Positions 17,707-28,546 are shown, counted from the stretch's first letter. The stretch is 64,000 nt of DNA from a bacterium (GCA_026986155.1 JALSPC010000165.1:7870-71869); one strand, 5' to 3'. Made by a program: numbers and translations. The notes: generated from the sequence alone by a model not told the origin.

Positions 17707-20700
17707 ATGCGCGAAGACGGCCCGCTGTTACAGGTCGATTCCCGGGGGTTGAAGGGGTTTTTCGAGGCGGTGAACCGCTTCGTGGAAGACCTGAAAGACG
17801 CGGCCGCCCTCCAATTGGCGGGCGTGAAGGGGGAGGCGCGCGCCTTTGTCGCCTGTGCCCTTTGGGCCGCGCGCCGGGGCCCGGTTGTCATGGTTTTGCC
17901 CGACATCCGAACGCGGAACCGGGTGGCCCAGGCGCTGGAGGCATTCCGCGATCTCTTGGGGCAGCCCCTGGATATTCCCTCCGAGGCCCGTATTCTGACC
18001 TTTCCCTCCTACGAGCTGACCCCCTACCTGGACGAATGGATGCAGCCCAGCGTGGCGTCCGGACGGGTCAAGGGACTCTTCGCGCTCCTGAAGGGGGCCC
18101 CGACGGCCCTGTTGACGACGCCGGAGGCCCTGGTGCCCCGTCTGGTGTCGCCGAAAGATTTCCAGAAGGGAATCATGACCCTGACCCCGGGTGATGCCTT
18201 GGGCGACCGAGACGCCTTTTTGCGCGAACTTTTCTACCGGGGCTACGCGGGCGTTCCCTCGGTGGAGCTGCCCGGAGATATGGCCGTGCGGGGAGGGGTC
18301 ATGGACGTGTTTTCCCCCATGGAGGAGGATCCCGTCCGTATCGAGTTGGAGGGGGACGAGGTGGCGAGCCTGCGGGTGTTCGACCCGGCGACCCAGAGGA
18401 CGACCCGGGTCGTCACGCGTTACGTCATCGGGCCCGCCCAGGAGCTGTTCCCCCAGAGCCCCGTTGCGGAGATAAGGAAACGTCTCTATGCCCTCCAGAC
18501 CACGCGGCGGGGAAAGAACGCGATCCGCAGGCTGCTGAAGTCTCTGGAAGCGGGGGAATCCTTCGAGAACCGCCTCTGGCTGTCTTCCTATCTTTTTGAG
18601 ATGACCTCGGACTTTTTTGCCTACATGCCCCCGGAAACCCCTGTTTTCTGGTGGGATCCGGAGGAATGTCTTACCAACCTGGAAAGGTTCCACGAATCGG
18701 CCCGGAAGCAACACGAGAGGAAGTCGGCGGAATTTCCCCTGTTTCCCCCGCCGAAGGCGCTTTTCCTGTCTCCCGGCGAGGCCGTTGGAAGGTTGGAGAA
18801 ACGGCCCCTCGTTAGCTTTGGCCTTTACGTGACGAAGCGGATGACACCGCGGACTGTTGATATCCTGGCGTCCGAGCCGTTCCAGCCGATGGGACCCGCG
18901 ACGGATCGCGCCGCCGCATGGCCGCCGCAGGTGGTGGCGGACGAGGCGCGCCGACTGCACGGGGAGGGCTACGAGGTCTGGATCGCCGAGCCGGAAAAAC
19001 GCCAGCGAGCGCGGTTGATAGAGATGTTGCTGGAGAGGGATCTTGCTTTTCCCGTTCTTGCCCACCCTGAGCCTGACAGGGAGGATAGCCGGGGCGGGAT
19101 CATCGAGGCGGCCGTCCCGGAGAGTTTTCTGCTTCCCCGGCTCAAACTTGCCCTTCTCACCCGGTCGCGCGCGCGGGAAGGGATTTTACGGCGCGGGAAG
19201 GAGAAGCCATCCGGGCTGCGGGTCTCCGACCTTGCGGTATTCAAGGAGGGGGATCCCCTGGTGCACGTGGATTACGGGATCGGTCTCTACCGGGGGCTGA
19301 AGCGGGTGGACGTCCTGGGGAAACCGGGGGAGTTTATGGTCATGGAATACGCCAAGGGCGACAAGCTCTTCGTGCCCATCGACCGATTGGACGCCGTTCA
19401 GCGTTACGTGGGGTCCAGCGACACGCCGCCGCCCCTCGACACACTTGGCACGGCCTCCTGGGAGAAGAAGAAGGCGCGCCTCCGGGAGGACGTGGCAAAA
19501 ATCGCCCGGGAGCTTCTGGATCTCTACGCCACGCGGAAGGCCGTCAAGGGATACGCCTTCGACGGCGCGACGGAGGGACTGCGTGAATTCGAGGGGTCGT
19601 TTCCCTACCAGGAAACGCCTGACCAGAAGCGGGCCATCGAGGAAATCTACCTGGACATGGCTTCAGAGACCCCCATGGACCGTCTCGTCTGCGGAGACGT
19701 GGGGTTCGGGAAGACGGAGGTGGCCATGCGGGCGGCCTTCAAGTCGGTGATGGAAGGTAAACAGGTTGCCATCCTCGTTCCCACCACGGTGCTCGCGGAA
19801 CAGCATTACGTCAACTTCTCCCGGCGCTTTTCCCCCTATCCCGTCCGCGTGGAGCTGTTGAGCCGGTTTCGGAGCCGCCAGGTCCAGAGGGAAGTGGTGG
19901 CGGACCTGAAGAAGGGGAAGGTGGACATCGTCATCGGGACCCACCGCCTGCTCCAGAAAGACGTGGCCTTCCGGGACCTGGGCCTCCTGATTATCGATGA
20001 GGAACACCGTTTCGGTGTCACTCACAAGGAACTTCTCAAGAAACTTTCGGCCACCGTGGATGTCCTGACCCTCACGGCCACGCCCATTCCCAGGACCCTC
20101 CAGATGTCCCTATCCGGGCTGCGGGACCTGAGCCTCATCAACACCCCGCCCAGGGCCCGCCTGCCGGTCATGACCAAGATCGCCCGGTTCCGGAAAGATG
20201 TCATCGCGGAGGGTATCGAACGGGAACTCGCCCGTGGCGGACAGGTATTCTTCGTTTACAACCGGGTCAAGACCATCGCAAAGATGGCGCGCCTGGTCCA
20301 GGAGCTCGTCCCAGAGACCCGTGTGACCTACGCGCACGGGCAGATGGACGAAAAGGCCCTGGAAGAGGTGATGCTCGCCTTCATGCGCCACGAAATCGAT
20401 GTCCTCGTCTGCACCACCATCATCGAATCGGGAGTGGATATCCCCAACGCCAACACACTTTTCGTCCATCACGCCGAACAGTTCGGCCTTTCCACGCTCT
20501 ACCAATTGCGGGGGCGCATCGGGCGCTCCGACCGGCAGGCCTACGCCTACTTCCTCGTCCCGCATCGCGCGATTCTTCCCAGGGAGGCCATCAAGCGTCT
20601 CCAGAGTCTCCAAGAGTTCTCAAACCTGGGATCGGGGTTCAAACTCTCCATGACGGACCTGAACATGCGGGGGGGCGGCGACCTCCTCGGGCGGCGCCAG

Positions 20701-21261
20701 TCCGGACGCATCGCGGAGGTGGGATTCGATCTTTACATGAAAATCATCGAGGAGGAGGTAAAGAAACTAAAGGGCGAGTGGGTGGAGCCCGCGCCCCAGG
20801 CGGATCTCACGCTCCCCTTCACCCTGTTGCTGCCCGAGTCCTATATCCCGGAGATGGGCCTTCGATTGATGTTCTACCGCCGTCTCTCTACGGCCACTCG
20901 GACCGGCGAGGTTACGGAGATCGCGGACGAAATGCGGGATCGGTTCGGGCCGCTTCCCCCTGAGGCGAACCGGCTTCTTGACATGGTCCGTCTCAAGATA
21001 TGGTTGACCGAGCAGGGTGTGATCACGCTCCACGGGAAGAAAAACGAGATCGTCGTGGGCTTTTCCGAGGGAAGCTCCCTCGACCGTTCCAGGCTTGTAG
21101 CCCTGCTCCAGGAAGACCCGCGCCATTACCGAATGGCGCCTTCCCAGAAACTGATTGTCCGGATGAAGATGCCCGATTCCTTTCCAGACTACCTTGAAAA
21201 ACTCACCTCCATCTTGAAGCAATTCCTGGGGTATGATAAAAATTCGAACAGCCCGATATGA
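17707..21261 (+). CDS. mfd: Transcription-repair coupling factor Mfd
   Basis: ~1180 aa. UvrB-homology N-terminus, RNAP-interacting domain and superfamily 2 helicase motifs (GDVGFGKTEVA, DEEH, QLRGRIGR). An upstream in-frame GTG at 17674 is also possible. Confidence 0.9.
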   Translation: MREDGPLLQVDSRGLKGFFEAVNRFVEDLKDAAALQLAGVKGEARAFVACALWAARRGPVVMVLPDIRTRNRVAQALEAFRDLLGQPLDIPSEARILTFPSYELTPYLDEWMQPSVASGRVKGLFALLKGAPTALLTTPEALVPRLVSPKDFQKGIMTLTPGDALGDRDAFLRELFYRGYAGVPSVELPGDMAVRGGVMDVFSPMEEDPVRIELEGDEVASLRVFDPATQRTTRVVTRYVIGPAQELFPQSPVAEIRKRLYALQTTRRGKNAIRRLLKSLEAGESFENRLWLSSYLFEMTSDFFAYMPPETPVFWWDPEECLTNLERFHESARKQHERKSAEFPLFPPPKALFLSPGEAVGRLEKRPLVSFGLYVTKRMTPRTVDILASEPFQPMGPATDRAAAWPPQVVADEARRLHGEGYEVWIAEPEKRQRARLIEMLLERDLAFPVLAHPEPDREDSRGGIIEAAVPESFLLPRLKLALLTRSRAREGILRRGKEKPSGLRVSDLAVFKEGDPLVHVDYGIGLYRGLKRVDVLGKPGEFMVMEYAKGDKLFVPIDRLDAVQRYVGSSDTPPPLDTLGTASWEKKKARLREDVAKIARELLDLYATRKAVKGYAFDGATEGLREFEGSFPYQETPDQKRAIEEIYLDMASETPMDRLVCGDVGFGKTEVAMRAAFKSVMEGKQVAILVPTTVLAEQHYVNFSRRFSPYPVRVELLSRFRSRQVQREVVADLKKGKVDIVIGTHRLLQKDVAFRDLGLLIIDEEHRFGVTHKELLKKLSATVDVLTLTATPIPRTLQMSLSGLRDLSLINTPPRARLPVMTKIARFRKDVIAEGIERELARGGQVFFVYNRVKTIAKMARLVQELVPETRVTYAHGQMDEKALEEVMLAFMRHEIDVLVCTTIIESGVDIPNANTLFVHHAEQFGLSTLYQLRGRIGRSDRQAYAYFLVPHRAILPREAIKRLQSLQEFSNLGSGFKLSMTDLNMRGGGDLLGRRQSGRIAEVGFDLYMKIIEEEVKKLKGEWVEPAPQADLTLPFTLLLPESYIPEMGLRLMFYRRLSTATRTGEVTEIADEMRDRFGPLPPEANRLLDMVRLKIWLTEQGVITLHGKKNEIVVGFSEGSSLDRSRLVALLQEDPRHYRMAPSQKLIVRMKMPDSFPDYLEKLTSILKQFLGYDKNSNSPI

Positions 21262-22250
21262 CGGGAAACGATACTTTTAAAGGGGTCGCCATTATTCTTC
21301 TGAAAAGATGTTCATGGTTCCTCGTCCTTGTTGTGGGAGGGATGTGTCTTTTTGCCTGTGGAAAGGAGGCGACTCTTTTCAAGAAGGAAAAGGTCATAGC
21401 GAAGGTGGATGGCGCCCGCATAACGAATAGGGATCTGGTAAGGTATTACCGATCCGTTGTCCCTACCATACCGGGGGATCCCGGTCAAAAGGATCCCGTT
21501 ACCCAGGACCTCAAGAAGTCCCTCCTCGAGAGGCTGATCGATGATAAATTACTGTTGATTCAGGCGGCCAAGTCGGGAATCACCGTGAGTGACGAGGAGG
21601 TTCAGAAACTCTATGAGGGAATAGCACGGGATTATGGCAAGGATTTTAAGACATACCTCAAGAGTCTCCATCTCACGCCGGAGGCGTGGAAGAAGGCCTT
21701 GCGCGAGGATCTTCTTATCGACAAGGTCATCAAGCGGCACATGCGGACGATCCAGGATGTAACCCGGAAAGAGATAGAGACCTATTACAATGCCCACCGG
21801 GACGAATTCCAGATTCCCATGGAGTATCACATCGCGCAAATCGTGGTGCCATCCAGAAAACTGGCCGAACAGGTTATGGAAGAGTTAAAAAAAGGAAAGG
21901 AATTTCAAAAACTTGCGAAACGTTTCTCCATATTCCCTGAGGGAAAGCGGGGCGGGGACCTGGGGTTCTGGCGCGAGGATCGCCTCCCGGAGGAGTTCGA
22001 GATGGTTCGGCAAATGCGGGTGGGGGAAGTCAGCGGGATCCTTCATTCCCCCTACGGTTACCACATCATCAAGCTGGAAGGGCTCAAGGAGTCGAGAATC
22101 CTCAGCTTGAAAGAGGCGGGACCCCGCATCGCGGAGAAACTTCGGCGCGAGATGCGCGAGAAGGAAAAGGCCCGGTGGCTCGAGGAACTCAAGAAGAAGG
22201 CGCACATCGTTCGTGACATGAAGGCGCTGGAGGACGTTTCGTTCAATTGA
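21258..22250 (+). CDS. PPIC-type peptidyl-prolyl cis-trans isomerase (SurA-like periplasmic chaperone), paralog 1
   Basis: Signal peptide / lipobox-like N-terminus. Parvulin domain (…FSIFPEGKRGGDLGFW…GYHIIKLEG…). ATGA overlap with mfd. Confidence 0.8.
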   Translation: MTGNDTFKGVAIILLKRCSWFLVLVVGGMCLFACGKEATLFKKEKVIAKVDGARITNRDLVRYYRSVVPTIPGDPGQKDPVTQDLKKSLLERLIDDKLLLIQAAKSGITVSDEEVQKLYEGIARDYGKDFKTYLKSLHLTPEAWKKALREDLLIDKVIKRHMRTIQDVTRKEIETYYNAHRDEFQIPMEYHIAQIVVPSRKLAEQVMEELKKGKEFQKLAKRFSIFPEGKRGGDLGFWREDRLPEEFEMVRQMRVGEVSGILHSPYGYHIIKLEGLKESRILSLKEAGPRIAEKLRREMREKEKARWLEELKKKAHIVRDMKALEDVSFN

Positions 22251-22267
22251 AAAGGGGGGAACTAAAG

Positions 22268-23233
22268 ATGAAAACCGGTTGCAGAACCTTGTTTTTTCTA
22301 TTCCTGTTCGTTTTAGGTCTGAACCAGGTCGTACACGCGAGAATCGTGGACCGGGTGGTCGCCAAGGTCAATGAAAAGATTATTACCCTGTCAGACGTGA
22401 CACGGGAGGCGAAGGTCATGAAGCTGGAAAATCCCGGGAGATTCAAACACCTGAACCTGAATGATCCCCGGATGTTGAAATTCTTCCTGGACCAGATGAT
22501 CTCGACGATCCTTATAGAAAGTGAGTTGAAGAAAATCGGCCGCCAGGTTACGGACAAGGAGGTCGAGGCCGCCTACGCGTCGATCAAAAGAAAAAACAAG
22601 ATGTCAGACGAGCAGTTCAAGGCCTTCCTGAAAAAAAAGGGACTGACGCTGGAGGAATACAAGGTCGCATTAAAGCAGCGGATAGAGAGAATACGTTTTT
22701 TCAGTTTTACCATCAAGAGCCATATCACGATCACGGACGCGCAGGTCAAGGCCTACTACGAAAAGCACAAGGAGGAATTCGGCGGCGATGAGCGGGTCCG
22801 GATCGCCCAGATATTCGTTCCCGTTCCGAAGGATCTGCCCGGAGACGAGCGGCTTCAGCGGCAAAACATCATCATGAAGATCCAGGGCGAGCTTTACAAG
22901 GGAAAGGATTTTTTCGATATCATAAAGAAATACGCGAAGAATCCCCTCGTGAGGGGATACGCCGACATGGGGTGGTTCAAGCGGAAAGACCTGATGAAAC
23001 CCATCGCGGACGTGGCGTTCAAGCTGAAGAAGGGAGCGGTTTCAGACGTCATCGAAACCAAGCTGGGGTTTCACATCATCAAGGTTCTGGGTATCCAGCG
23101 GACAAAAGGAAGAAAGTTAGAAGACGTGAGACCTAAAATCGAGCGGATTCTCTACCAGGAAGAATCTGAGAAACGCCTGGACCGGTGGCTCGAAAACGCC
23201 AAGAAACAGGCCAACGTCCAGATTATGCTGTAA
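22268..23233 (+). CDS. PPIC-type peptidyl-prolyl cis-trans isomerase (SurA-like), paralog 2
   Basis: AAGGGGGG RBS before ATG 22268. Signal peptide, then parvulin domain (…GYADMGWF…GFHIIKVLG…). Confidence 0.8.
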   Translation: MKTGCRTLFFLFLFVLGLNQVVHARIVDRVVAKVNEKIITLSDVTREAKVMKLENPGRFKHLNLNDPRMLKFFLDQMISTILIESELKKIGRQVTDKEVEAAYASIKRKNKMSDEQFKAFLKKKGLTLEEYKVALKQRIERIRFFSFTIKSHITITDAQVKAYYEKHKEEFGGDERVRIAQIFVPVPKDLPGDERLQRQNIIMKIQGELYKGKDFFDIIKKYAKNPLVRGYADMGWFKRKDLMKPIADVAFKLKKGAVSDVIETKLGFHIIKVLGIQRTKGRKLEDVRPKIERILYQEESEKRLDRWLENAKKQANVQIML

Positions 23234-23296
23234 AAAAGATCCAGATTGCCGTTCGGGGGATGAAGCGATAAATCTGTCCTGTGAAAGGATAAAATC

Positions 23297-24544
23297 GTGA
23301 GAGAGATCGTTATCATCGGCGGAGTTCGAACCCCAGTGGGAAGATACCTCGGCGCCCTGAGGGAGGTGGAGGCCTACGACCTGGCCGCCCTGGTTTTGAA
23401 CGAGGCGATCCGCCGCGCGGGAGTTGCCCCCGGCGCGGTGGACGAGGTCATCATGGGCCAGTCCTACCAGAGCGGGGAATATGTCAATATCGCGCGGATG
23501 GCCCTGCTCAAGGCGGGGTGGCCCGAGGAAATCCCAGGGGTGACCATCGACCGCCGGTGCTGCACGGGGCTGGACGTGGTCAAGATGGCCGCCGCCGTCA
23601 TCCAGGCGGAGCAGGCCGAGATCGTCGTGGCCGGCGGGGTGGAGTGCATGAGCCGCGCCGAGTTTTACCTTCCCGGGACCATCAAGTGGGGCGTGGGCGG
23701 AACGGGAGGGATGCCCAGGGGACACGGGGACCTATCCATCTGGGGCCTTCCTTTCTTTGACCGCATCCAGCGGGCACGCGTCATGTCACAGCCCGTAGAG
23801 CGGTTCGGCGTGCTTCCCTCCATGATGTCGTGGGCGGAGACCGCCGCGAGGGAGGAAGGTATTTCGAGGGAGGCGTGTGACCGGTGGGCGTTGGAAAGCC
23901 ACCGGAAGGCCTGCGCGGCGATGGAAGACGGGAAGTTCGACGAGGAAATCGTTCCGGTTCTTGTTCCGCATAAAAAGGGAGACCCGGAGATCTTCGGCAG
24001 GGACGAAACGCCCCGCCCCGATACCTCCCTTGAAAAGCTCGCGCGCCTGCGTCCCGTGCTGGGGGGGGTCTGCACGGCGGGGAACTCTTCCAGCGAGAAC
24101 GACGGGGCCGCGGCGGTGGTGGTGACGCACGCGGAGAAGGCCGCGGAGCTCGGCGTGGAACCCCTGGCCCATTTCCGGGCGTGCGCGGTGGCGGGAGCCG
24201 ACCCGAGAAAGGCCTACGAAACCGTTCCCCGCGCCGTTTCCAAGGCGCTGGCGATGACGGGCCTTTCCCTCGATGCCATCGAGCTCATCGAGATCCAGGA
24301 GGCCTTCGCAGCCCAGGTACTGGCAGACCTGAAGGGCATGGGGGTCGAACCCGGGGACTATCACAAGGTCAACGTGAATGGGTCGGGGATTTCGCTGGGG
24401 CATCCCATCGCCTGCACCGGGACCCGGGTGCTCGTAACCCTCCTGCACGAGATGCGCAGGCGCGGGACGCGGTTCGGCCTGGAGTGTATCTGCGGCGGCG
24501 GCGGACTGGGGATCGCCGCGATTCTCGAGCGAGAAACAACATGA
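23297..24544 (+). CDS. Thiolase family protein (acetyl-CoA C-acyltransferase-like)
   Basis: GTG start. Active-site Cys region DRRCCTGLD. C-terminal thiolase motif CICGGGGLG. Confidence 0.85.
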   Translation: MREIVIIGGVRTPVGRYLGALREVEAYDLAALVLNEAIRRAGVAPGAVDEVIMGQSYQSGEYVNIARMALLKAGWPEEIPGVTIDRRCCTGLDVVKMAAAVIQAEQAEIVVAGGVECMSRAEFYLPGTIKWGVGGTGGMPRGHGDLSIWGLPFFDRIQRARVMSQPVERFGVLPSMMSWAETAAREEGISREACDRWALESHRKACAAMEDGKFDEEIVPVLVPHKKGDPEIFGRDETPRPDTSLEKLARLRPVLGGVCTAGNSSSENDGAAAVVVTHAEKAAELGVEPLAHFRACAVAGADPRKAYETVPRAVSKALAMTGLSLDAIELIEIQEAFAAQVLADLKGMGVEPGDYHKVNVNGSGISLGHPIACTGTRVLVTLLHEMRRRGTRFGLECICGGGGLGIAAILERETT

Positions 24545-24564
24545 GATAATAAGGATAACTTACC

Positions 24565-25713
24565 TTGGATTTTGAACTTTCTGATGAACAAAAGGATATT
24601 ATCAGAGCCGCCAGGGAATTTGCCGAGGGGGAATTCCCCGCCTACGCGGACGAAGCGGACGCAACCGAGACGTTCCCGCGGCCCCTATGGAAAAAGGGGT
24701 GTGACCTGGGATTCGTCGGCGTGTTCTGGGACGAGGCCTACGGCGGTGCAGGGCTTGGATTTTTCGAGCATGCCCTCATTATGGAGGAATTCTGGCGCGT
24801 GGATCCCGGGTGCGGGCAGGCGGTACTCGGCGCGCTTTTTGGCTCCCAGATGATTCACCTCTTTGGCACGGAGGAACAGAAGCGCCGCTACCTTACGCCC
24901 CTCGCGAGGGGGGAGGCCATTATGGGTTCCGCCATCACCGAGCCTGACGCGGGAAGCGACGTGGCCTCCGGAACGACCCGCGCCGAATTGAAGGACGGCC
25001 GCTACGTCATCAACGGCAACAAGATGTTCATCTCCAATGGAAGCATCGCCGATTACATGACCGTCCTGTGCGTGACCCATCCCGAGGGGGAAAACCGGCA
25101 TCGCCGGCAGAGCGTCCTGATCGTGGAGACGGACCGGGAGGGATTTGAGGCGAACAAGTTGAAAGGAAAACTCGGCATCCGCGCCTCGGACACGGCGGAG
25201 GTCACCTTCAGCAACGTGGCTGTTCCCGCGGATCACATCGTCGGTGAACCGGGGCGGGGATTCTACCATTTCATGGAATTCTTCAACCATACCCGGATCC
25301 ATATCTGCGCCCAGGGGGTTGGGGTCGCCCAGGGAGCCCTGGAGCGGTCGATCCGCCACGTGAAAACGCGGCGGCAATTCGGGAGACCCCTGGGGAGTTT
25401 CCAGGCGATCCAGTTCAAGCTGGCGGAGATGGCGACACGGATAGAAGCGGCCCGCTCACTCTACTGGCGGGCGGGATGGAACATCGATCACGGCATCGTG
25501 GACCACCGACTGGTGGCCATGGCCAAGTGGTTTGCCGGGGAGGTCGGCGTTTACGTCACGAACGAGGCCCTGCAGATTCATGGGGGATACGGATATCTCA
25601 GGGAATACGGAATCGAACGCCTCTACCGGGACGCAAAGATCGTGGAGATCTACGAGGGCACTCGGGAGATCGAGAAGCTCATCGTGGCGAGAAACATCCT
25701 GGGAAGACTGTAA
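24565..25713 (+). CDS. Acyl-CoA dehydrogenase
   Basis: TTG start. 382 aa. Typical acyl-CoA dehydrogenase motifs (…TEPDAGSDVAS…, C-terminal YEGTREI…). Confidence 0.88.
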   Translation: MDFELSDEQKDIIRAAREFAEGEFPAYADEADATETFPRPLWKKGCDLGFVGVFWDEAYGGAGLGFFEHALIMEEFWRVDPGCGQAVLGALFGSQMIHLFGTEEQKRRYLTPLARGEAIMGSAITEPDAGSDVASGTTRAELKDGRYVINGNKMFISNGSIADYMTVLCVTHPEGENRHRRQSVLIVETDREGFEANKLKGKLGIRASDTAEVTFSNVAVPADHIVGEPGRGFYHFMEFFNHTRIHICAQGVGVAQGALERSIRHVKTRRQFGRPLGSFQAIQFKLAEMATRIEAARSLYWRAGWNIDHGIVDHRLVAMAKWFAGEVGVYVTNEALQIHGGYGYLREYGIERLYRDAKIVEIYEGTREIEKLIVARNILGRL

Positions 25714-25721
25714 CATCCGCG

Positions 25722-26714
25722 ATGATCACCCTGAAGAAACAGTCCAAGGTCATGAGCGCCCGGGAGGCGATCGCGGAATTCGTTCACGACGGGGATCTCA
25801 TCACCTTTGGCGGGTTTACCATCACGCGGAACCCCATGGGGTTGTGCCACGAAATCATCCGTCAGAATAAAAAGAACCTTCACGTAGCCGTCCATTCCCA
25901 GGGCCAGGCCTTTGATCTGCTCGTCGGGGCGGGGTGCGTGGCGGTCCTCGAGGTTGCCTACGGTGGCACGGCGCGTTTCTCTCCCGGCGGGGGGCCCTGC
26001 TTCAGGCGGGCGATCGAGAAGGGGCGGGTCCTATTCGAGGATTACACCAATTTCCAGATGACCCTTCGATTTCTGGCGGGGGCTATGGGGGTTCCCTTTC
26101 TGCCCCTGCGCGGATCGCTGGAGATCGACGTTGTAAAAAAATGGGGGATCCCTCCCGAGATCCGGCGGCGAAACCCGAAACTTACCAACGAAAAGATAGC
26201 CCTTGTGGAGAATCCTTTCAGTGAATCGGAAGAAAAAGAGACACTGGTTGCGGTTCCAGCTCTTCGTCCCGACGTGGCATTGATCCACGCCCAGCAGGCG
26301 GACCCGGAGGGGACGGTGAGATTCGGGGGCTTGACCTTTACCGACGTGGAGCAGGTAAAGGCCGCGGAAAGGGTCATCGTGAGCTGCGAGGAGCTGGTAG
26401 ACCCGGAAACGTTGCGGAAAGACCCCGTTCGGAACCAGGTTCCCTTCTTCCTGGTGAACGCCGTGGTTCCCATACCCTTTGGCGCGCATCCGACGGCCTG
26501 TTACGGCTACTACGACTACGACCCCGTCCACCTGAAGCGCTACGCGGAGGCGGCCAGGGAGGAAGCGTCGCTGAGGGAATACTTGAAGACCTACATCCAC
26601 GGGACGCGAGACCACGGGGAATATCTCGCCCTTATCGGCGACCAGGCCCTGGACAAGCTCCGGGCCGAACCGAGCGTGGGATACGCTCCCGGTCTCGACA
26701 GGAGCGGCCGATGA
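25722..26714 (+). CDS. CoA-transferase subunit A (glutaconate / 3-oxoacid CoA-transferase family)
   Basis: ATG at 25722, 9 nt after the acyl-CoA dehydrogenase stop. The longer ORF from 25476 overlaps the dehydrogenase and is rejected. Alpha-subunit-like sequence. Confidence 0.8.
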   Translation: MITLKKQSKVMSAREAIAEFVHDGDLITFGGFTITRNPMGLCHEIIRQNKKNLHVAVHSQGQAFDLLVGAGCVAVLEVAYGGTARFSPGGGPCFRRAIEKGRVLFEDYTNFQMTLRFLAGAMGVPFLPLRGSLEIDVVKKWGIPPEIRRRNPKLTNEKIALVENPFSESEEKETLVAVPALRPDVALIHAQQADPEGTVRFGGLTFTDVEQVKAAERVIVSCEELVDPETLRKDPVRNQVPFFLVNAVVPIPFGAHPTACYGYYDYDPVHLKRYAEAAREEASLREYLKTYIHGTRDHGEYLALIGDQALDKLRAEPSVGYAPGLDRSGR

Positions 26715-27466
26715 GGGAAGTCACGCCGAGGGAGCGGATGGTCCTGGCGGCGGCCCGCCGTATCCGCGACGGGGAGATCGTCTTTTGCGGCACGGGCATC
26801 TCCATGATCGCAGCCATGGCGGCCAAGCGGATTCACGCCCGAAGCAGTGTCATCTTTTTTGAGACGGGGGCCATCGACTCGCGTCTCGAGGAACTGCCGC
26901 TCTCTGTGGGTGATCCACGGGTCGTGACGGGGGCGAGCGTGGGAACGGGTCTGGTCGATTCCTTTGCCATCCTCCAGAATCCCCGCACGGCCTCGCGCGT
27001 GGTGGCCGTCCTGGGGGCGGCGCAGATCGACCCCTACGGGAATCTCAACTCCACCTGTATAGGGGATTACGCGCGTCCGAAGGTCCGTTTCCCTGGCAGC
27101 GGCGGGGCCAGCGACGCGGCGGTTTACGCGGCCAGGACCATCATCTTCATGCGCCTGGAGAAGCGGCGGTTCGTCGAGCGGCTGGACTACTTTTCGACAC
27201 CCGGCTGGAGGAACCCGGGCGGCGAGCCGTCACTGGCGCACGGCAGGCCGGAGGTGGTCATCACGGACGAGGGAACGTTCATGTTTAATGAAAGCTCACG
27301 CAGGATGTATCTTGCCTCCTACTTTCCAGGGAGTAGCCCGGAATCGATAGAGGATAAGGTGGGATTCGACATTGACACGGGTCGGGCCGTCGAGGAGCCT
27401 TCCCCTGCACACGAGTCCGTAGATCTTCTCCGGAAACATATTGACCCGCAGCATTTGATTCTGTAA
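26711..27466 (+). CDS. CoA-transferase subunit B
   Basis: ATGA overlap with subunit A. Beta-subunit-like (…IVFCGTGISMIAAMAAK…). Confidence 0.8.
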   Translation: MREVTPRERMVLAAARRIRDGEIVFCGTGISMIAAMAAKRIHARSSVIFFETGAIDSRLEELPLSVGDPRVVTGASVGTGLVDSFAILQNPRTASRVVAVLGAAQIDPYGNLNSTCIGDYARPKVRFPGSGGASDAAVYAARTIIFMRLEKRRFVERLDYFSTPGWRNPGGEPSLAHGRPEVVITDEGTFMFNESSRRMYLASYFPGSSPESIEDKVGFDIDTGRAVEEPSPAHESVDLLRKHIDPQHLIL

Positions 27467-27511
27467 AATGAAAATCAAAAGGGGTTAACATTTCACAAAG
27501 GAGGGAACATC

Positions 27512-28495
27512 ATGAAAAAGAAAGCGTTTTTGTTCAGTGTGTTGGCGGTTTGCTCTGTGGCATTGGTGGTCTCTGGAACGGCGTTTGCCGGTAAGTACAA
27601 CCGCAAGTTCCTCAAGATGGTATCGGGACCGGAGGGGGGCTCCTGGTATCCGCTGGGATCCGGCATCATGAAGCTGGTGGAGCAGGCCACGGGCATTTCC
27701 ACCTCCAACGGTCCTGGGGGCGGGGTCGGGAACTGCAAGGCCATTCAGCGGGGGAACGCGGATCTCGGATGGACCTATTCGCACACGGCCTACAATGCCT
27801 ACAACGGCAAGGGAAAGTTCAAGAAGCCCCATAAGAAACTGCGTTATCTCTGCTCCCTCTATCCGGGAATCTTCCAGGTGGCGGTGCCGAAAAAGAGTAA
27901 GATCTTTTCCTTCGCCGACCTGAAGGACAAGCGTATCGTTCCGGGTAAGGTGGGATTCACCGGGACGGCCATCGCGGAAGTGGTCCTCAAGGCCTACGGA
28001 ATTACCTTCGACAGCATCAAGAAGAACGGCGGGAAGGTGGACTTTGTGGGCTACGCCGACGCGGCGGCCCTGATGAAAGACGGGCACACGGACGCCTACA
28101 TGGCGGTGACCTCCTGCCCGCAGTCGACCATCATCGATCTCAACTTCCGCCCCGGCATTCGCTTCCTCGGCATCGACAAGGAACACATGAAGAAGGTGCT
28201 TGCACTTGAGCCCGGTCTCTTCGCCACTGTTATCCCGAAGACGGCCTACAAGGGCATGGACAAGGATGTTCCGACCGTAGGGACGGTGACCAGTATCGTG
28301 ATTTCTTCTGACGTGGAAGACGACGTAGCCTATGCCATCGTCAAGGCAATCTTCGAGCACCTGGACGAACTGGCCAAGATCAAAAAGAAGGCCATCTCCC
28401 AGGTCAGCCTGGAAAACGCCTTGCGCGGGTGCAAGATTCCTGTTCACCCGGGTGCCATGAAGTATTACACGGAAAAGGGCGTCAAGATAAAGTAA
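27512..28495 (+). CDS. TAXI-family TRAP transporter solute-binding protein
   Basis: AAGGAGGG RBS. Signal peptide. TAXI-type (Imm/TRAP-associated) periplasmic binding fold. Confidence 0.85.
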   Translation: MKKKAFLFSVLAVCSVALVVSGTAFAGKYNRKFLKMVSGPEGGSWYPLGSGIMKLVEQATGISTSNGPGGGVGNCKAIQRGNADLGWTYSHTAYNAYNGKGKFKKPHKKLRYLCSLYPGIFQVAVPKKSKIFSFADLKDKRIVPGKVGFTGTAIAEVVLKAYGITFDSIKKNGGKVDFVGYADAAALMKDGHTDAYMAVTSCPQSTIIDLNFRPGIRFLGIDKEHMKKVLALEPGLFATVIPKTAYKGMDKDVPTVGTVTSIVISSDVEDDVAYAIVKAIFEHLDELAKIKKKAISQVSLENALRGCKIPVHPGAMKYYTEKGVKIK

Positions 28496-28512
28496 GAAGC
28501 CTATCAATCGTG

Positions 28513-28546
28513 GGGCCCCTGGGTTTGTAATCCAAGGGCCCTTTTT
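28513..28546 (+). terminator. Candidate intrinsic terminator / attenuator between the TAXI binding protein and permease genes
   Basis: Imperfect GC stem (GGGCCCCTGG… / …CCAAGGGCCC) followed by TTTTT. Confidence 0.4.

Noticed and set aside
25476-25721. Long N-terminal extension of the CoA-transferase A ORF overlapping the acyl-CoA dehydrogenase.
   Set aside because: The extension is an out-of-frame read-through of the dehydrogenase's 3' end. A proper ATG (25722) with conserved N-terminus follows the dehydrogenase stop. The same logic was applied to the ureohydrolase (43785-43973), the NMT1-like binding protein (35357-35473) and the receiver gene (31168-31296).
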